This document shows, in pieces, positions 51,200 through 64,000 of a stretch of 64,000 nucleotides of DNA. Below the pieces are notes generated by a model, which was given only the letters and a program-made list of their open reading frames with translations, made no database searches and was not told the origin of the DNA. The DNA comes from the human T2T-CHM13v2.0 reference genome, Homo sapiens. Both the position numbers and the translations under genes were made by a program. Where the stretch lies: NCBI RefSeq assembly GCF_009914755.1, contig NC_060938.1. One strand, 5' to 3'. Numbering within the stretch: the stretch's first letter is position 1; every line of letters begins with the position of its first letter.

Positions 51200-51310
51200 C
51201 TGCATCATCATAGTGTAGAATGGGAAAGGTTTAACCTAAGAGGTTAAACCCTGAACCACAATCACCTAGATACTTAGTGATAGAGCTGACACTCAAACTC
51301 TGTTTATCTG
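51200..51310 (-). mobile_element. MIR fragment
   Basis: AGAGGTTAA...TCAC...TAGTGATAGAGCTGACACTCAAAC. Confidence 0.45.
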
Positions 51311-52017
51311 TTGCCCTTTATTTATTGCACATAATTCTGTACTGAAATCATTTCAAGGTGAGTGTATTTCAACCCAATGTTCTGCTAGTCATGCCTTAAA
51401 ACAGTGTGATTATTTCCTTTCCTCATAGTCTTGTTGAAACAGGTTTCTATGTTAAAGTAAAAATGCAATAAATATTAATTAAAGTGATTTACATTAATTT
51501 TCATTTATCGATATAATAACATATATTACTAATAAAATACAACTTACTTTTATATAATTTTATAATTAAATTTTATATGTCATTCCATTTACTGATCAAA
51601 ATAACCTATTGAGTTTCTTTTACATAGAACAAATTAAGCATTAAAACATTTTCATCATTTTTCCAACGATACAAAACATGTGAAAATAGTAATTTCTTTT
51701 TGATGAACATCTAATGGTCTCTCATTGTCAAAATTTTGTTTGATTTGCCTCGTATTATATTATTAATAAAAGTGAAACATCTATAAAAATACTTAATCAT
51801 AGTTGGCAATCACAAATATCAAGAGATTTATATCTTTATTTTGCTAATCATCTAAGTTCACTTTTTAACTTACATTTGCCTTAATTCTCAATTGATGATT
51901 CTCTATCATGTGCTCATTTTAGGAAATAAGGAATATCTGTAAGATTTAACTTTTAATATTAAAAGCTAAGGAAGAATTTAAGAATTCATCACAACCACGT
52001 TTGAAAATAAACACAGA

Positions 52018-52440
52018 TTTTTTTAAATTTTTAACTTTTATGGATATGTAATAGTTTTGCATACGTATGGAGTACATATATTTTGATACAAGAATGTGTA
52101 ATTATGAATCAGGGTAATTGGGATATCTATCACCTCAAGCAATGATCATTTCCTTGTTTGGGAACATTCCAATTTCACTCTTAGTTATTTTGAAATATGC
52201 AACCAATTATTGTTAACTATAGTCACTGTATTGTATTATCAAACATTAGACCTTATTCCTGCTTTCTCATTTTATTTTTGCCCCCATTAACTAATCCTTC
52301 TTCCTTTCTTTATCCCTCCCTCCCCACTACTCTTTCCAACCCTCTGGTAGCCATCATTCTAAAGTTTTTTAGCTCCCACATGTAAGTAAAAGCACATGCG
52401 GTATTTCTCTTTTTGTGCCTGGCTTGTTTCACTTAGCATG
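52018..52440 (-). mobile_element. L1MA-type 3' end
   Basis: TTTTGATACAAG...AATCAGGGTAATTGGGATATCTATCACCTCAAGC...TTGTTAACTATAGTCAC...GTGCCTGGCTTGTTTCACTTAGCAT. Confidence 0.8.
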
Positions 52441-52754
52441 GGTAAACTGTTTTCCAGTTTACCCATGTTGCATCCTAATTATTTCTTTATATTATTAGGG
52501 TTTTTAATCTGTCAGTTACTCTCAGGATTAAACAAAAGAAGAATATTGGAGAAAAGTATATTTCATTGCTTGCTTATTACAATTTTACTGTATAACTTTT
52601 ATCAGTTGAAAGGCGGAAAAATAATGTCTTCTTGTGAATGCTAAATGGTAAGTATATGGGTAGAAAATTCATAAAATTGTATAGTTTTGAACACAAGAAT
52701 AATTATTATCTAATTCAATAGCAAAGGGAACTGTTTATGTGGCAGTTATGACTT

Positions 52755-52880
52755 CCTTGAGTGAAATCTCCATGAGGGCAGCTGTTGGTGTCAATTGTGT
52801 TCTTTTGATGTATCTCAAGTGCCAGGAACAATGCCTAGCACATGAGAGAAATTCAATAAATATTTGTTAAATTAATGAAA
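52755..52880 (+). mobile_element. L2a 3' end
   Basis: CTCCATGAGGGCAG...AACAATGCCTAGCACA...TCAATAAATATTTGTTAAATTAATGAA. Confidence 0.7.
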
Positions 52881-53479
52881 ATATATAGTTTTAAATTATT
52901 TTATTAACTATAATATATGAAGAATATGTTATGTTATGAACTTGGGGCACTTACATATATATAAGCTTGCTGCGTGAGTCACCTGCATGTGTAAACTTTC
53001 TTTTCCACTTTGGGGAAATGAAACAACATATTGTTGATTCATTCAATAAAAAAGGTACGAGCTAGGAAATTAAATAGTAAAACAGATTAGAATAAGAGAA
53101 TACTGACATGGGACAATCTCTTTTTAAACTAATTTAAAGTGTTATAAAGTAATTACCTAATGTGAGTGTAATGTGTCTTAAATTGTTGTCTTTCTTTAGT
53201 TAGTGATATTGATATTAGCATCTAATTGACAAATCACATTTCTGTAACATGCAGGTCAATTTCTCTCATCAAGCATGTTTTATTAGAACATACTCCAAAA
53301 ATAATAAAAAATATAGGCAGGAACAATATTTTACATATCTCATTATTTTCCTAGTTTATTACCAAAGTTATTAATATATAGCATGACAGTCTATCCTTTG
53401 ATTGAACTGGAGTTTCTTATTTGATATACTGAGTCTCATACACACCACTTGAGATTACCAATTAATTCAGGGATTAAAA

Positions 53480-56100
53480 ATAAAGAATGTAGACAGAGTG
53501 ACAATGTGATGTACTCTGTGGACCCTCTCTCCAGAGAAACTGGTGTACATTTTAAAAATATTTTTAAGCCTATAGAATTTGTCCTAAGGACAAACGGTAA
53601 ATGAAGAAATATCTAGTAAGAAAATCTATGAAAATTCCTTAGGAAAGTTAAATGTCATTGGTATTTGAACCAAGACCACTCCTCACCCTCTCCTGCTCAA
53701 TTCTGCAAGGCAGAGACTCTTGCTCAATTTGGCAAGGCAGAGACTCCACTCCAGAAGACTTCTCTGTACCCGGGCCCCATTTGGAGTTTTCCTTCTGGAA
53801 ACAGAAGGACATCAGTGCTTCTATCTTGTCCCGACTACTAGTTGCTGAGACTGTCTCAGGGGAGTTCAGTTTAAGGGTAGAGGTGCCCTTTCTCCCTCCA
53901 GCCATCAATGACTTCAGAAACGATCCCTTCCAAGGAGCCAGAATTTGATTGGATGAGTTTATCGATCAGTTTATACCCAGGGGCATTGTTGAAAAGGATA
54001 GAGAAATCAGCTGGCAATTAGTGGAGTTTCACAGCTGCACATGGGGAGGAAAAGGGAGGAAGAGAGACCTACCAAACCACTGTTATCCCTGGGTGACTGT
54101 GGGCATATTCAACCCTGTGCCTTCCAGAGGAACAACCAGAGGCCCAGTACTTTGTGTGGGTGTGAGTATGTGTGTGTGGCAGGTTGGGTGGAGAGGTGGG
54201 GAATGTACTTCACTAAAACAATTTGGTCTGTCACTGAACAAATAAGCAAGCAAATAACAATAAAAATATCTGGAATATATGGGGAACCAGCAGCCGGAGT
54301 TACTACATTGTATTATCTTAAGTGTCCATTTCCCAACAAACAACTACAACAAGAAGATACAAATCAAGCAAAGAAACAGAAAAGCAAAATTCACACACTG
54401 AATAAAAGGCAGGCAATAGACATTGTCTGTGAGTGTTCAAATGTCAAATTTAGCAGAAAAATACTTGCCATTATAATCATATTTACAGAACTATAGGAAA
54501 TAAGCAATACCAATAAAACTAATAGCTGATTTCTAAGTAAAAACAGTGAAAGTCAGAAAACAGTGGGATAGCATATTTAAAGTACTTAACAAAAAAACCT
54601 TGTCAAACAAGAATACTGTATCTAGTACAACTATGTTTCAAAAAAGGAAGACAAATTAATGACCTATCAAGATAAAAAAAAAAACGAAAGAATGTGTTAC
54701 TAGAAGTCTCACCTTAAAGAAGTATTAAAGGAAATTTTTTTTAGGCTAAGAGCAAGTGACCACAGATGATAATTCAAATACACACTGGTAAAGATCATTA
54801 CGCAATTATCTAAGTCAGTAAGAATAAATATTGTTCTCCTTTCTTTTTTAAACTGATTTAAAAAGCTTTGTATAAAATTATAACTAGAATACACAGATAT
54901 TCATTATATATACAATGCTAATATATAGTATGCATTAGGTTTGATATATAATTCTTTTAAACAAAATAAATAATATATAATTTACGTATAATTTATTGTT
55001 AGGCTCATAACATATAGAAATGCAAGACATATGCAATATATTTATCAATAACAACACAATAGGGGCACATGGGAGCAGAGCTGCCTTGGGTTAGGAAAAT
55101 GACTAGAGATAGTAAAGTAATAATTGTAACAATACTAATACCAGACAATGTAGACTTTAAGAAATGCAACTATTGATAAAGAGGGATGGTTTCTAATGAT
55201 AAAAGGGGAAATATGTCAAGAAACTGTAACAATTAAAGACATATATAACACTAAAAAACAGAGCCCCAAAAAACATGAAGCAAAGGCTGACAGAAAGAGA
55301 AAAATAGATAATTCAACATTAATACCTGAAGACTTGAATACTCTGCTTTCAATAATGGTTAGAACAACTAGACACATGTCAACAAGGAGGTGGAAAACTT
55401 AAAAATGCTATAAAGCAATCATACCTAACAGACAGCTATAGAGCATTCCACCAGATAACAACTGAATATATGTCCTTCTTAACGGTACATGGAATTATTC
55501 TTTAGGACAGACAATTTACAAGGCTACAAAACAAACCTCAATAAATGTAAAAGGATTAAAATAATACAAAGTACTTTTTGACAGTAATGGAATGATATTA
55601 GAAATCGGTAACAGGAGAAAATTTGGGAAAATTACAAATATGTGTAAGTAAAACCAGACACTCCTAAATAACCAACGAATCAAAGAAGAAATGAGAAGTA
55701 ATCAGAAAACCACTTAAGGTGAATGGAAATAGGGACACAGCATACCAAAACTTAGGGATGCAGTAGAAGCAGTGCTTAGCAGGAATTTTATAATTGTAAA
55801 TGCCTGTACTAAGAAATTTAAAAACATTTCAACTCATTAACCCAGTTAAAAATGGGCAAATGATCTGATAGATATTTCTCCAGAGAAGATATGCAAATGT
55901 CCAATAAGCACATAAAAAATGTTCAACATCATTATCATGAAGGAAATGCAAATCAAAACCATAATTATATACCACTTCATAACCACTAGGGTGGCTATAA
56001 TTTTAAAAGACAGATATTAGCAGTGTTGACAAGGATGTAGAGACATTAGAACCCTCATACTTGGCTATGGGAATGTAGAACAGTACAGCTGTTTTGGAAA
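53480..56100 (+). mobile_element. Old L1M (L1MD/ME-like): 5'UTR, ORF1, endonuclease and 3' ORF2 pieces with internal deletions
   Basis: ORF1-like AGTCAGAAAACAGTGGGATAGCATATTTAAAG; endonuclease-like MIKGEICQETVTI (ORF 55196); ATACCAAAACTTAGGGATGCAG; 3' ORF2 GAAATGCAAATCAAAACCA. Confidence 0.7.
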
Positions 56101-56304
56101 ACAGGAATATCCAGGCAGATAAAAGTTTGATTATTTTGAGAATAATAGTTATAATTCTCTAAATGAGTATAGATCTTAAGCTTTTATTCATGAAATATTA
56201 TTGTATTTCTAGGGTAATATTTTCAATTAAGTATATACAACAATGAAAGTCTGTTAAGGGTGCTCATCATGCCTTTTCATTTTACATTTTGTCCAAATCT
56301 TTCC

Positions 56305-56608
56305 TTTTTTTTTTTTTTTTAATAGAGACCGTCTTGCTCTGTTGCCCAGGCCGGAGTGGAGTGGCACAGTCATAATTCCCTGTACCCTTGAAATCCTGAG
56401 CTCAAGCCATCTCCATACCTTAGCCTCCCAAGTGGCTACTACAGGTGAGTGCCATCATGCCTGGCTGAATTTTAAAAAACAATCTTTTTGTAGAGACAGG
56501 GTATCACTGTGTTACCCAGGCTAGTCTCGAACTCCTGGCCTCAAGCAATCCTTCCACCTCAGCTTTCCAAAGTGCTGTGATTACAGGTGTGAGCCAGTAT
56601 GCCCGGCC
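56305..56608 (-). mobile_element. AluJ
   Basis: Poly-T...CTCGAACTCCTGGCCTCAAGCAATCC...GCCCGGCC. Confidence 0.9.
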
Positions 56609-58889
56609 CTCTACTTCATAGATTATAATAGTACTAGTGAAACTAATAACTATTTTATATGACAAAAATCCAGAATTTTCTTATTAATTCTTCATAGAAA
56701 AATTATCAGTGGAAGTGTTAATTGTTTGGAAAGGTTATAATGCTTCATATACTTTCAACCATTTTTAGTATATATCTGCTAAAATGTATATTTAAAAATA
56801 ATGAATAAAACATTGAAAATATGTAGGAAAAGATGAAATTGCGATAATTTAAAAAATTACATTCACTTCAATATGTAGGCATTTTTATATAATTTTAATT
56901 CATACTAGTGAAATATACACGTGACACATTTAAGCCAGAATGCATGGACATCTGAGTGTTGGGATGGACCACAGGACTAGACTAGACTTGACACTTACCT
57001 ATTATTCCTGTCTCCAGTTAGACCAAGAAATAGGTCAGTTGAACATTTACCCAGGACATCAATACATAAAAGACTACAAAATATCACTGTGGTACTAGAG
57101 TATAAGTAAATAAAGGATAAGGAAAAAAAGTTTCTATATGATTTTCCTATATTCTGTGTGGATCTCCAGAAAGGAAGAAGAATTAAAAATAGAGGAGAAG
57201 AAATAACCAAGAGCTACAAAAGACAATTCCTAAAACAGAAAAAATTACAAATTTTTCAAATGAAAAGACTTAATATGGGTTGAATTAATTTTAAAAAGGC
57301 CCTGACCTGGCCAATTATGTTGAACACGTAGAAGTTTAGGGTGAAGAAAAAAAAAAACAAACATTTCCAGGACTTTAACAAGAAAAATACACTGATATCT
57401 GCAAATAAAGTTTAATTTAATTGCCTAACTCTCATAATTAATAAAGTAGGCTAGAAATCAGTAGATTAATATTTTAGGAAGATTTTATAGTTGTAAATGC
57501 CTATATTAAGAAATAAGAATTAAGAAATAAGAAATGTAATAAAAATAAAGAATGTAATTTTTGTTTTAATATTAAATTTTAATTTAGAACGTATTAAATT
57601 AGAATTTAATATTAAAATATTATTCAAATTTAAGGTATTTTTTAAATGTATTATGCGGTGATATACAACATTTATTACTTATAATTAATATTTGAAAGAA
57701 TCCTTCTAGCACAATAGCTAAATAAAAGTAGTCAACCAACTAAATATAGAAAAAGAATGCAAAGGGTATAGGTAAAATAAAGACTGGCATGCAAAAACTA
57801 TTAAAATACACATTTATGTGAATAACATTTTATCTACAATGAAAATTAAACAGAAACGGGAACTAAAATAAACGAAAAGAAAAAAACAGGAAAAACAAGG
57901 AGTGATTGTATGCTAAAGTTAATGTCTTTTATTTGGTAAACTGTAAATGCTGGTTGACAAACTATTATAAATATGTGTATTTATAATACAAGTGTATCTT
58001 AGGAATATGAATATACCTATTATATTTCTGGTAGTAAAATAGCAATTAGGAAAATAAAATTTAATTAATTTAATAATAATAATAATTAAAAGGCAATTAC
58101 AAATAATAATAGCATACCAGTAGGCTAAGAGTCCTGACTTGTAAAAGCATTGGAAGTCCTCACCCCTGTCCTTATAAGAATACCTGAACAACATAAAAAT
58201 CACAAGCCAGAGATAAAGCATGGCGTATATTTGAGCTCCTGGAGAAAAGAAAGGGATAATAAACAAGAGGGACAGGATTGCCGCCCACCTTAAAGTGAGA
58301 TGTAGCAACATCTCACAAGGAGTGTAAGCCAACACCTGGCATGCTGATTTTATATATAAAATTGAAGTTCGGAGTTGAAATTGTTGCATTTGAAGTTCAG
58401 AGTTGAAATTGTTGACTGTGGGTACATGGTTTTGGAAATGTTCATTTTGGCTATCAATCATATTCTCTAGTTAATATGTAGATTAAAATGAGACTATTCC
58501 CATAACCCCTAATAAAATGCCTGGTACAGAGTAGGTTTTCAGTAAATTTTAGTGCCCCTGTTTGAGTGAGTTTGAGTTTTTTTGTGCTGTGAAGGGTAAA
58601 TAAATTGACCAGAAATTTTTCAAAAATATATTGAAATCTCTTGTAACTCTGGACTGTAATTTATCACTGTAATGTCACTGTTCTGTGATTCTGTGGCATG
58701 CTTGTTCATACTGTTGATTTTCTGATTTACTGATTTTTCTGAACTGGTTTTGGAGGGGTCTTGTGGAATAGGAAGATATGGGGGGTGGATTTTGAAGACA
58801 GTCAGCTCTTCAAGAGGAATTATGGTGAGTGAGGTTTAGGAAATGTCACTGGGGATGGAGAATTAGTCTGCTACTGGCTAAAATGGGTT

Positions 58890-58975
58890 TTTAGAGGTGG
58901 AATGGAACCTTAGAGGTGGTTTAATCTAACCCCTCATTTTACAGCTATGGAGATAAGTTTAGAGAAGTGAGTTGT
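58890..58975 (-). mobile_element. MIR/MIR3 fragment
   Basis: GGAACCTTAGAG...TCTAACCCCTCATTTTACAG...AGAGAAGTGAG. Confidence 0.65.
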
Positions 58976-60869
58976 GCACTTTTCTTGGATCCTTGAGTAA
59001 ACTGTGGTTGTATAGCAAACTACACCCCTAATATCTGGAGAGATGGGTGCACTCTGAAAGATACAGTATTGGAGATTTGCTTATCTAGAGCAAAATCCAC
59101 TAAACACCACAAACTGGTATGAATCTTTCAATGGTAATTTTGACAAATTGCTGGAGTCTAAGTGCTGAGAAACTCCTGGGGGTTATAGTCATGTGGAAAC
59201 CCCAATATTTTCATAGCTTTCTCTCTTGGAACAAAAACAGTTCTTCTGGTGAGGATCTGGGAAAAATATCTGTCTAGTCCTGAAAGGAGGAGGTGTACAG
59301 TAGCCACCATGAAAATCTCAGCCTCTTCTCCCAAACAAAGGTTCAGTTTCTAGGAGTAATGAATTCTCAGAGGGCAATTCTGAACCTTCATTGCAACTAG
59401 AAAAATGATTTCTGCCCAACTCCAGGCAGTTTCAATCTTCATGTCTTCTGTAAGTCAGCGAATGGTGGGGGCCATATCATAGCAACCGAGGGACAGAAAT
59501 TCAAGAAATTAAATGAGGAGAGCTGCACCTGAGAAGGAACTAGAGAATATGGCTGTGGGAGCTACATCCTTGAAGAAGAGACAGAAACTTGTGGAGACAA
59601 ACACCTGAGACACAGGCCCTGTTAAAGACTTAGGCATGATCCAAAGATTATAGACTGCTCCCCTCCCACATATTCTATCCCTACTCCGTAAGTGTCCAGT
59701 ATAACAACAAGAGATTACATTGAAAGAACTGCAATACACAGACTCTCTTGAGTGGCAATAAAAAGGGAATTCTAAGTGCCGAGAAGTGAGGCAAAAACAG
59801 GAACTGTAGACAAATTTGAAGCCTCTGGTATCTGCAGGTACGACAAAAGTTTAACATAGCGCAAACTCAGATTATCATAAATCCTCATACTAAAAGCCAG
59901 TTACTTTAATATCTATTAGCTCATGCAACATAACATGACCTGCTTTCAACAACAGCAACAACAACAAACAAAATTACCTCATACCACAAGCAAAAAAAAC
60001 CCCAAAAAACAAAAACAAAAAACTGAAGAGACAAGGAAAACAGACAGAACAGAATGCAAAATGCAGTTATGCCATATATGTTGGAATTACTGGCACAGGC
60101 ATTTAAAATAAGAATAAGACTTATTAACGTGTTATAGGATCTAATGTAGGAAGTAGAAAACATGCAAGAACTGATGAGCAATGAAAGTCATCAGAGATAT
60201 GAAAATCCTATGAAAGAATCAAAATGAAATGCTAGAAATCAATAACACAGTAACAGAAATGAAGAATGACTTCCTGAGCCCATCAAGTAAGGCAAGAATT
60301 AAGGAATTTGAAGAAAAGTCAATAGAAAATTCACCAGCAGAAATACAAAATGAAATAGGAATAAAAATATCAAAAGGGGTAATATGCTTTTAATTGAAAT
60401 AACAGAAGAAGAACAAGAGTAGAACAAAACAACATTTAAAGTAGTAATGGCTAGAAGACCCACATTACCTGACTCCAAATCATACTATAAAGCTACTGTA
60501 ATCAATATAGTATTATTTTGGCTAAATAGTAGACACAGCGATCAATATTATAGAAAGTCCAGAATAGATGGATATAAATATAGTCAACTTATTTTTTACA
60601 AGAGCAATTCAATTGAGAAAAGGTAGTCATTTGTAAATTGTTCTGAAACAATTTGATGTCCATATGCAAAAGAAGAAAAAAGAACTTAGACTATACAACT
60701 CACACAAAAGTTAACTAAAAGGATCAAAGATACAAGATAAAATGTAAAACTAAAACTTCCAGTATAAAATATTGAGAAAATCTGTTTAAATATATGTTTG
60801 GGGATACATTTTTATATACAGTGACAACCCAGACTTGAAAGAAAATTTGGATACATTTTATTTTATTAT

Positions 60870-61122
60870 TTTCTTTGTTTTTGTCTTTTTCTTCTCTTTC
60901 TTTTTCTTTCTTTCTTTCTTTTTCTTTCTTTTATCTTTCTCTCTTTCCTTCCTTCCTTCCCTTCCTTCCTTCCTCCTTCCTTTTTCCTTTCTTCCTTCCT
61001 TTCTTTTTCCTTCCTTCCTTTTTTCCTTCCTTTTTTTCTTCCTTCCTTCTTTTTTCCTTCCTTCTTTTTTCCTTCCTTCCTTCCTTCCTTCCTTCTTACC
61101 CTTCTTTCTTTTTTTTCTCTTT
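60870..61122. repeat. ~250 bp polypyrimidine (CTTT/CCTT)n tract
   Basis: Almost pure C/T on the + strand. Confidence 0.95.
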
Positions 61123-61631
61123 AAGAGAAACTTTTAAGACAATAGAGAGCATATCATAAACTGGGAGAAATGCTTGTAAAATGCACATCTAATAAAGAAT
61201 TTGTATCAAGAATATACAAAAACCTTTGAAATATCACCAATAAGCAACAAAAGCCCAAATTAAAAATGGGGCAAAATATCTAAACAGACAACTCATCAGT
61301 GAAGTTATGCAGATAGCAAGGAAGCATTTGAAAAGATGTTCAACTGTATTTGTCACTAGGGAAGCAAAGATTTAATAATTAGATATCACCATACATCTGT
61401 TAGAATGGCTAAAATAATTTTTAAATAATTCAAAATACTAATTTTAAGAGGAGGGGTATAAGACACTGTAATGTATTGCTTGTGGAAGTGAAAAAAAGCA
61501 CAGTCACATTGACAGACAACTTGGCAGTTTGTCACAAAGCTAAGTATAATCTTACCACATAGCACATCAATTGCATACCTGGGAATTTAACCAACTCATA
61601 TGAAAACCCTCATGTATAAGTTCATAGCCAT

Positions 61632-61932
61632 TTTATTATTATGATTTTTTGATACAGGATCTTACTTTGTTACCCAGGCTGGAGTGCAGTGACACAATCA
61701 TAACTCATTGCAATATTGAGCCCCTGGGCTCAAGTGATCCTCCCACCTCAGCCTCTAGCGAAAACTACAGATGCACATGACCATATCTGTCTAATATACT
61801 TTATTTTTTAAAAATATATAGTGATGAGGTCTATGTTGTCCAGTCTGGTCTCAAACTTCTTAGCTCAAGTAATCCTGATGCTTTGGCCTTACAAATTGCT
61901 GGGATTACAGGATTGGGCCACCATGCCCAGCC
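61632..61932 (-). mobile_element. AluJ
   Basis: TTACCCAGGCTGGAGTGCAGTGACACAATCATAACTCA...GGGCTCAAGTGATCCTCCCACC...CCATGCCCAGCC. Confidence 0.88.
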
Positions 61933-62555
61933 CAGTTTTATTCTTCATTGTCAAAAATCAAACTAGCCAGGATGCCTTTCAATAGTGAATGGATATACAA
62001 ATGATGGCATTTCTCTACAATGGAATTACCATTTAGAGATAAAAATTAATGAACTATCATTCTACAGATCAACATAGATAAATCTTAATTGCATATGGCT
62101 AAGCGAAACAAGCCAGCTGCTAAGTGAAACAAGCCAGTCTGAAACAGATGCATAACTCTATGAGCCTACTTACCTGACATTCTGGGAAAAACAAACAAAC
62201 AAACAAAACCCTATAGATATAGAAAGCAGACCAGCTATTGGTATGTGCTTAGTGAGGGAAGGATGTTAAATAGATGAAGCATATGGGAAATTTTTAGTGT
62301 GGGGAAATTATTTCATACAATATCGTAGTGGTAGATACATGACACTATCCTGTTAAAACTCATAGAAACTTATGGTACAAATAATAAACCTTAATGTATA
62401 TGAACAAAATCAACTAGGGTATTGAATAACCTCAGGATGAAATTAAGGAGCTAAAGACAAATTTAAATGTATTACAAATGTATGACATAATCTAACTTAC
62501 TAGAGTTTGTGGAAAATGTTTTTTACCTAAGTAATTTTGAAAATAAATGGAAACT

Positions 62556-62908
62556 TGTATTAATTCGTTCTCACTCTGCTAATAAAGACATACCCGAGAC
62601 CCAGTAATTTATAAAGGACAGAGGTTTAATTCACTTATAGTTCACCATGGCTGAGGAGGCCCCAGTAAACTTACAATCATGGCAGAAGGGGAAGCAAACA
62701 CATCCTTCTTCACATGGCAGCAGCAAGGAAAAGTGCCAAGCAAAAGAGAGAGAAGTCCTTGTAAATCCATTGGGTCTCGTGAGAACTCACTATCATGAGT
62801 TAACCGCCCCCATAATTAAATTGACTCCCACTGGGTCCCTTCCACTACACTTGGTGATTATTAAAATTCAAGATGAAATTTGAGTGCGGACACAGCCAAA
62901 CCATATCA
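62556..62908 (-). mobile_element. THE1(B/C)-type MaLR solo LTR with perfect 5 bp TSD
   Basis: TGTATTA...GCTAATAAAGACATACCCGAGAC...GGACACAGCCAAACCATATCA. TSD AAACT at 62551-62555 and 62909-62913. Confidence 0.93.
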
Positions 62909-64000
62909 AAACTCTAAGGACAAAAGGAACTATATGTAGCACCGAACTCTAGATGGTAAAATTGTTTCCCATCGAGGTGTGTGTTAACATGATACATGTA
63001 TGCTGAGGCTGAGCAAATAGGTAAATGGATGGAGAATGGTAGGAGCCAGCTTTCAGACTCATGACATGAGAGGGCATAGGTAAACCATGTTGGAAAGTTA
63101 AATGAACCATGTGGCACCAATTTGGGTTGGATACTTCAGTATGAGTTCATTGTAATTTAATATTAATTCAGATATACGTATCACATATAGGAAGAGAGAA
63201 ACAGTAAGCACATATAGTGTCCAGATGATGGTTTCTAATGAGTATGGAATGGAGGAAAAGGGTCACTTGATACTGGAGTAACCAGACAAACACTACCTAG
63301 GCCAGGTGATCAAGGTTAACGTCATCAGAACCCACACCTCAGTCTAATCATGAGGTAAACATCAGACAGACTTGTAATGAAGGATGGTCTAAACATACCT
63401 GACCGGTACTCCTCAAAATGATCAAAGTCATCAAAACAAGGAAAGTCTTCAAAACTGTGACTGCCAAGAGGAGCCTAAGGAGACCTAATGACGACATGTA
63501 ATGTGGTATCCTGTATGGATCCCAGAACAGAAAAAATGATATTAAGTAAAAATTAGAAAATCTGAATAAACTATGGAGTTTGGTTAATAATTTTGTATTA
63601 ATATCAGTTTACTAGAGTGGTACATGCAGTATACTAACAATGTAAGTTATTAACAATAGGCAAAACAGGATATGGTTAGAAGAGAATTCTCCATATTATA
63701 TCTTTGTAAATTTTTTGTAAATGTAAAAGTTATTCTATAATTAGATGTTTATTTTTGAAAGTAAAGATAGAAGGATTTTAAAGAATGAATTAAGTAAAGA
63801 GTTTAAAACTTTACCATGTAACTATTAAGACAAATTGGAATTTCTCCTAAAAATCCATGGCAAATAACAGACATAAACTTAGTAAGAAAACACTCAAGCC
63901 ATGTTAGCAGTAAGAGTAATAGTAAACTTTTGAAATAACGTCTTAACATGAACACTTTGCAGATTGACTTTAAAAAAATCAATTTATTTAGGATAAATTC

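Larger units (their letters stand above)
58135..63760 (+). mobile_element. Old L1MC-type element (5'UTR, ORF1, 3' ORF2, 3'UTR), fragmented and multiply interrupted
   Basis: 5' GACTTGTAAAAGCATTGGAAGTC; ORF1-like GAAATGCTAGAAATCAATAACACAGTAACAGAAATGAAGAATG; ORF2 CACATTACCTGACTCCAAATCATACTATAAAGCTAC; 3'UTR CAGGTGATCAAGGTTAAC...TAATGTGGTATCCTG. Confidence 0.7.

Noticed and set aside
53648-54496. Several 86-151 aa ORFs
   Set aside because: They lie in an old L1M 5' region and show no coherent protein similarity or splice structure.
57919-58461. 180 aa hydrophobic minus-strand ORF
   Set aside because: It is the antisense of A-rich and L1-derived DNA, crosses unrelated segments and has no recognisable domain.
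60835-61159. F/L/S/P-rich ORFs that look like membrane proteins
   Set aside because: They are translations of the (CTTT/CCTT)n tract.

Overview
AT-rich primate nuclear DNA, very likely hominoid or human because AluY, L1PA4-type and LTR12C elements co-occur. It reads as a gene-poor intergenic or deep intronic region. I can support no cellular protein-coding exon, RNA gene or CRISPR array. The ORF track is explained by L1 ORF1/ORF2 relics, Alu, LTR12C, simple repeats or chance. The window is a layered mobile-element record: about 11 Alus, L1s from L1ME to L1PA4, MaLR/ERVL/ERV1 solo LTRs, hAT MERs, MIR/L2 fossils and a degenerate ERVL pol/integrase/dUTPase relic. All subfamily names come from my recall of consensus sequences, not from a RepeatMasker run. 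I found no convincing new biological system. The best leads are structural: (1) a two-subfamily L1 chimera forming a ~0.5 kb inverted repeat, (2) a half LTR12C whose breakpoint carries triplicated templated filler, (3) a ~775 bp genomic piece containing older MIR/L2 sequence apparently captured inside an L1MC 5'UTR, (4) a ~130 bp duplication with a 44 bp identical core, and (5) two candidate cis-regulatory patches.
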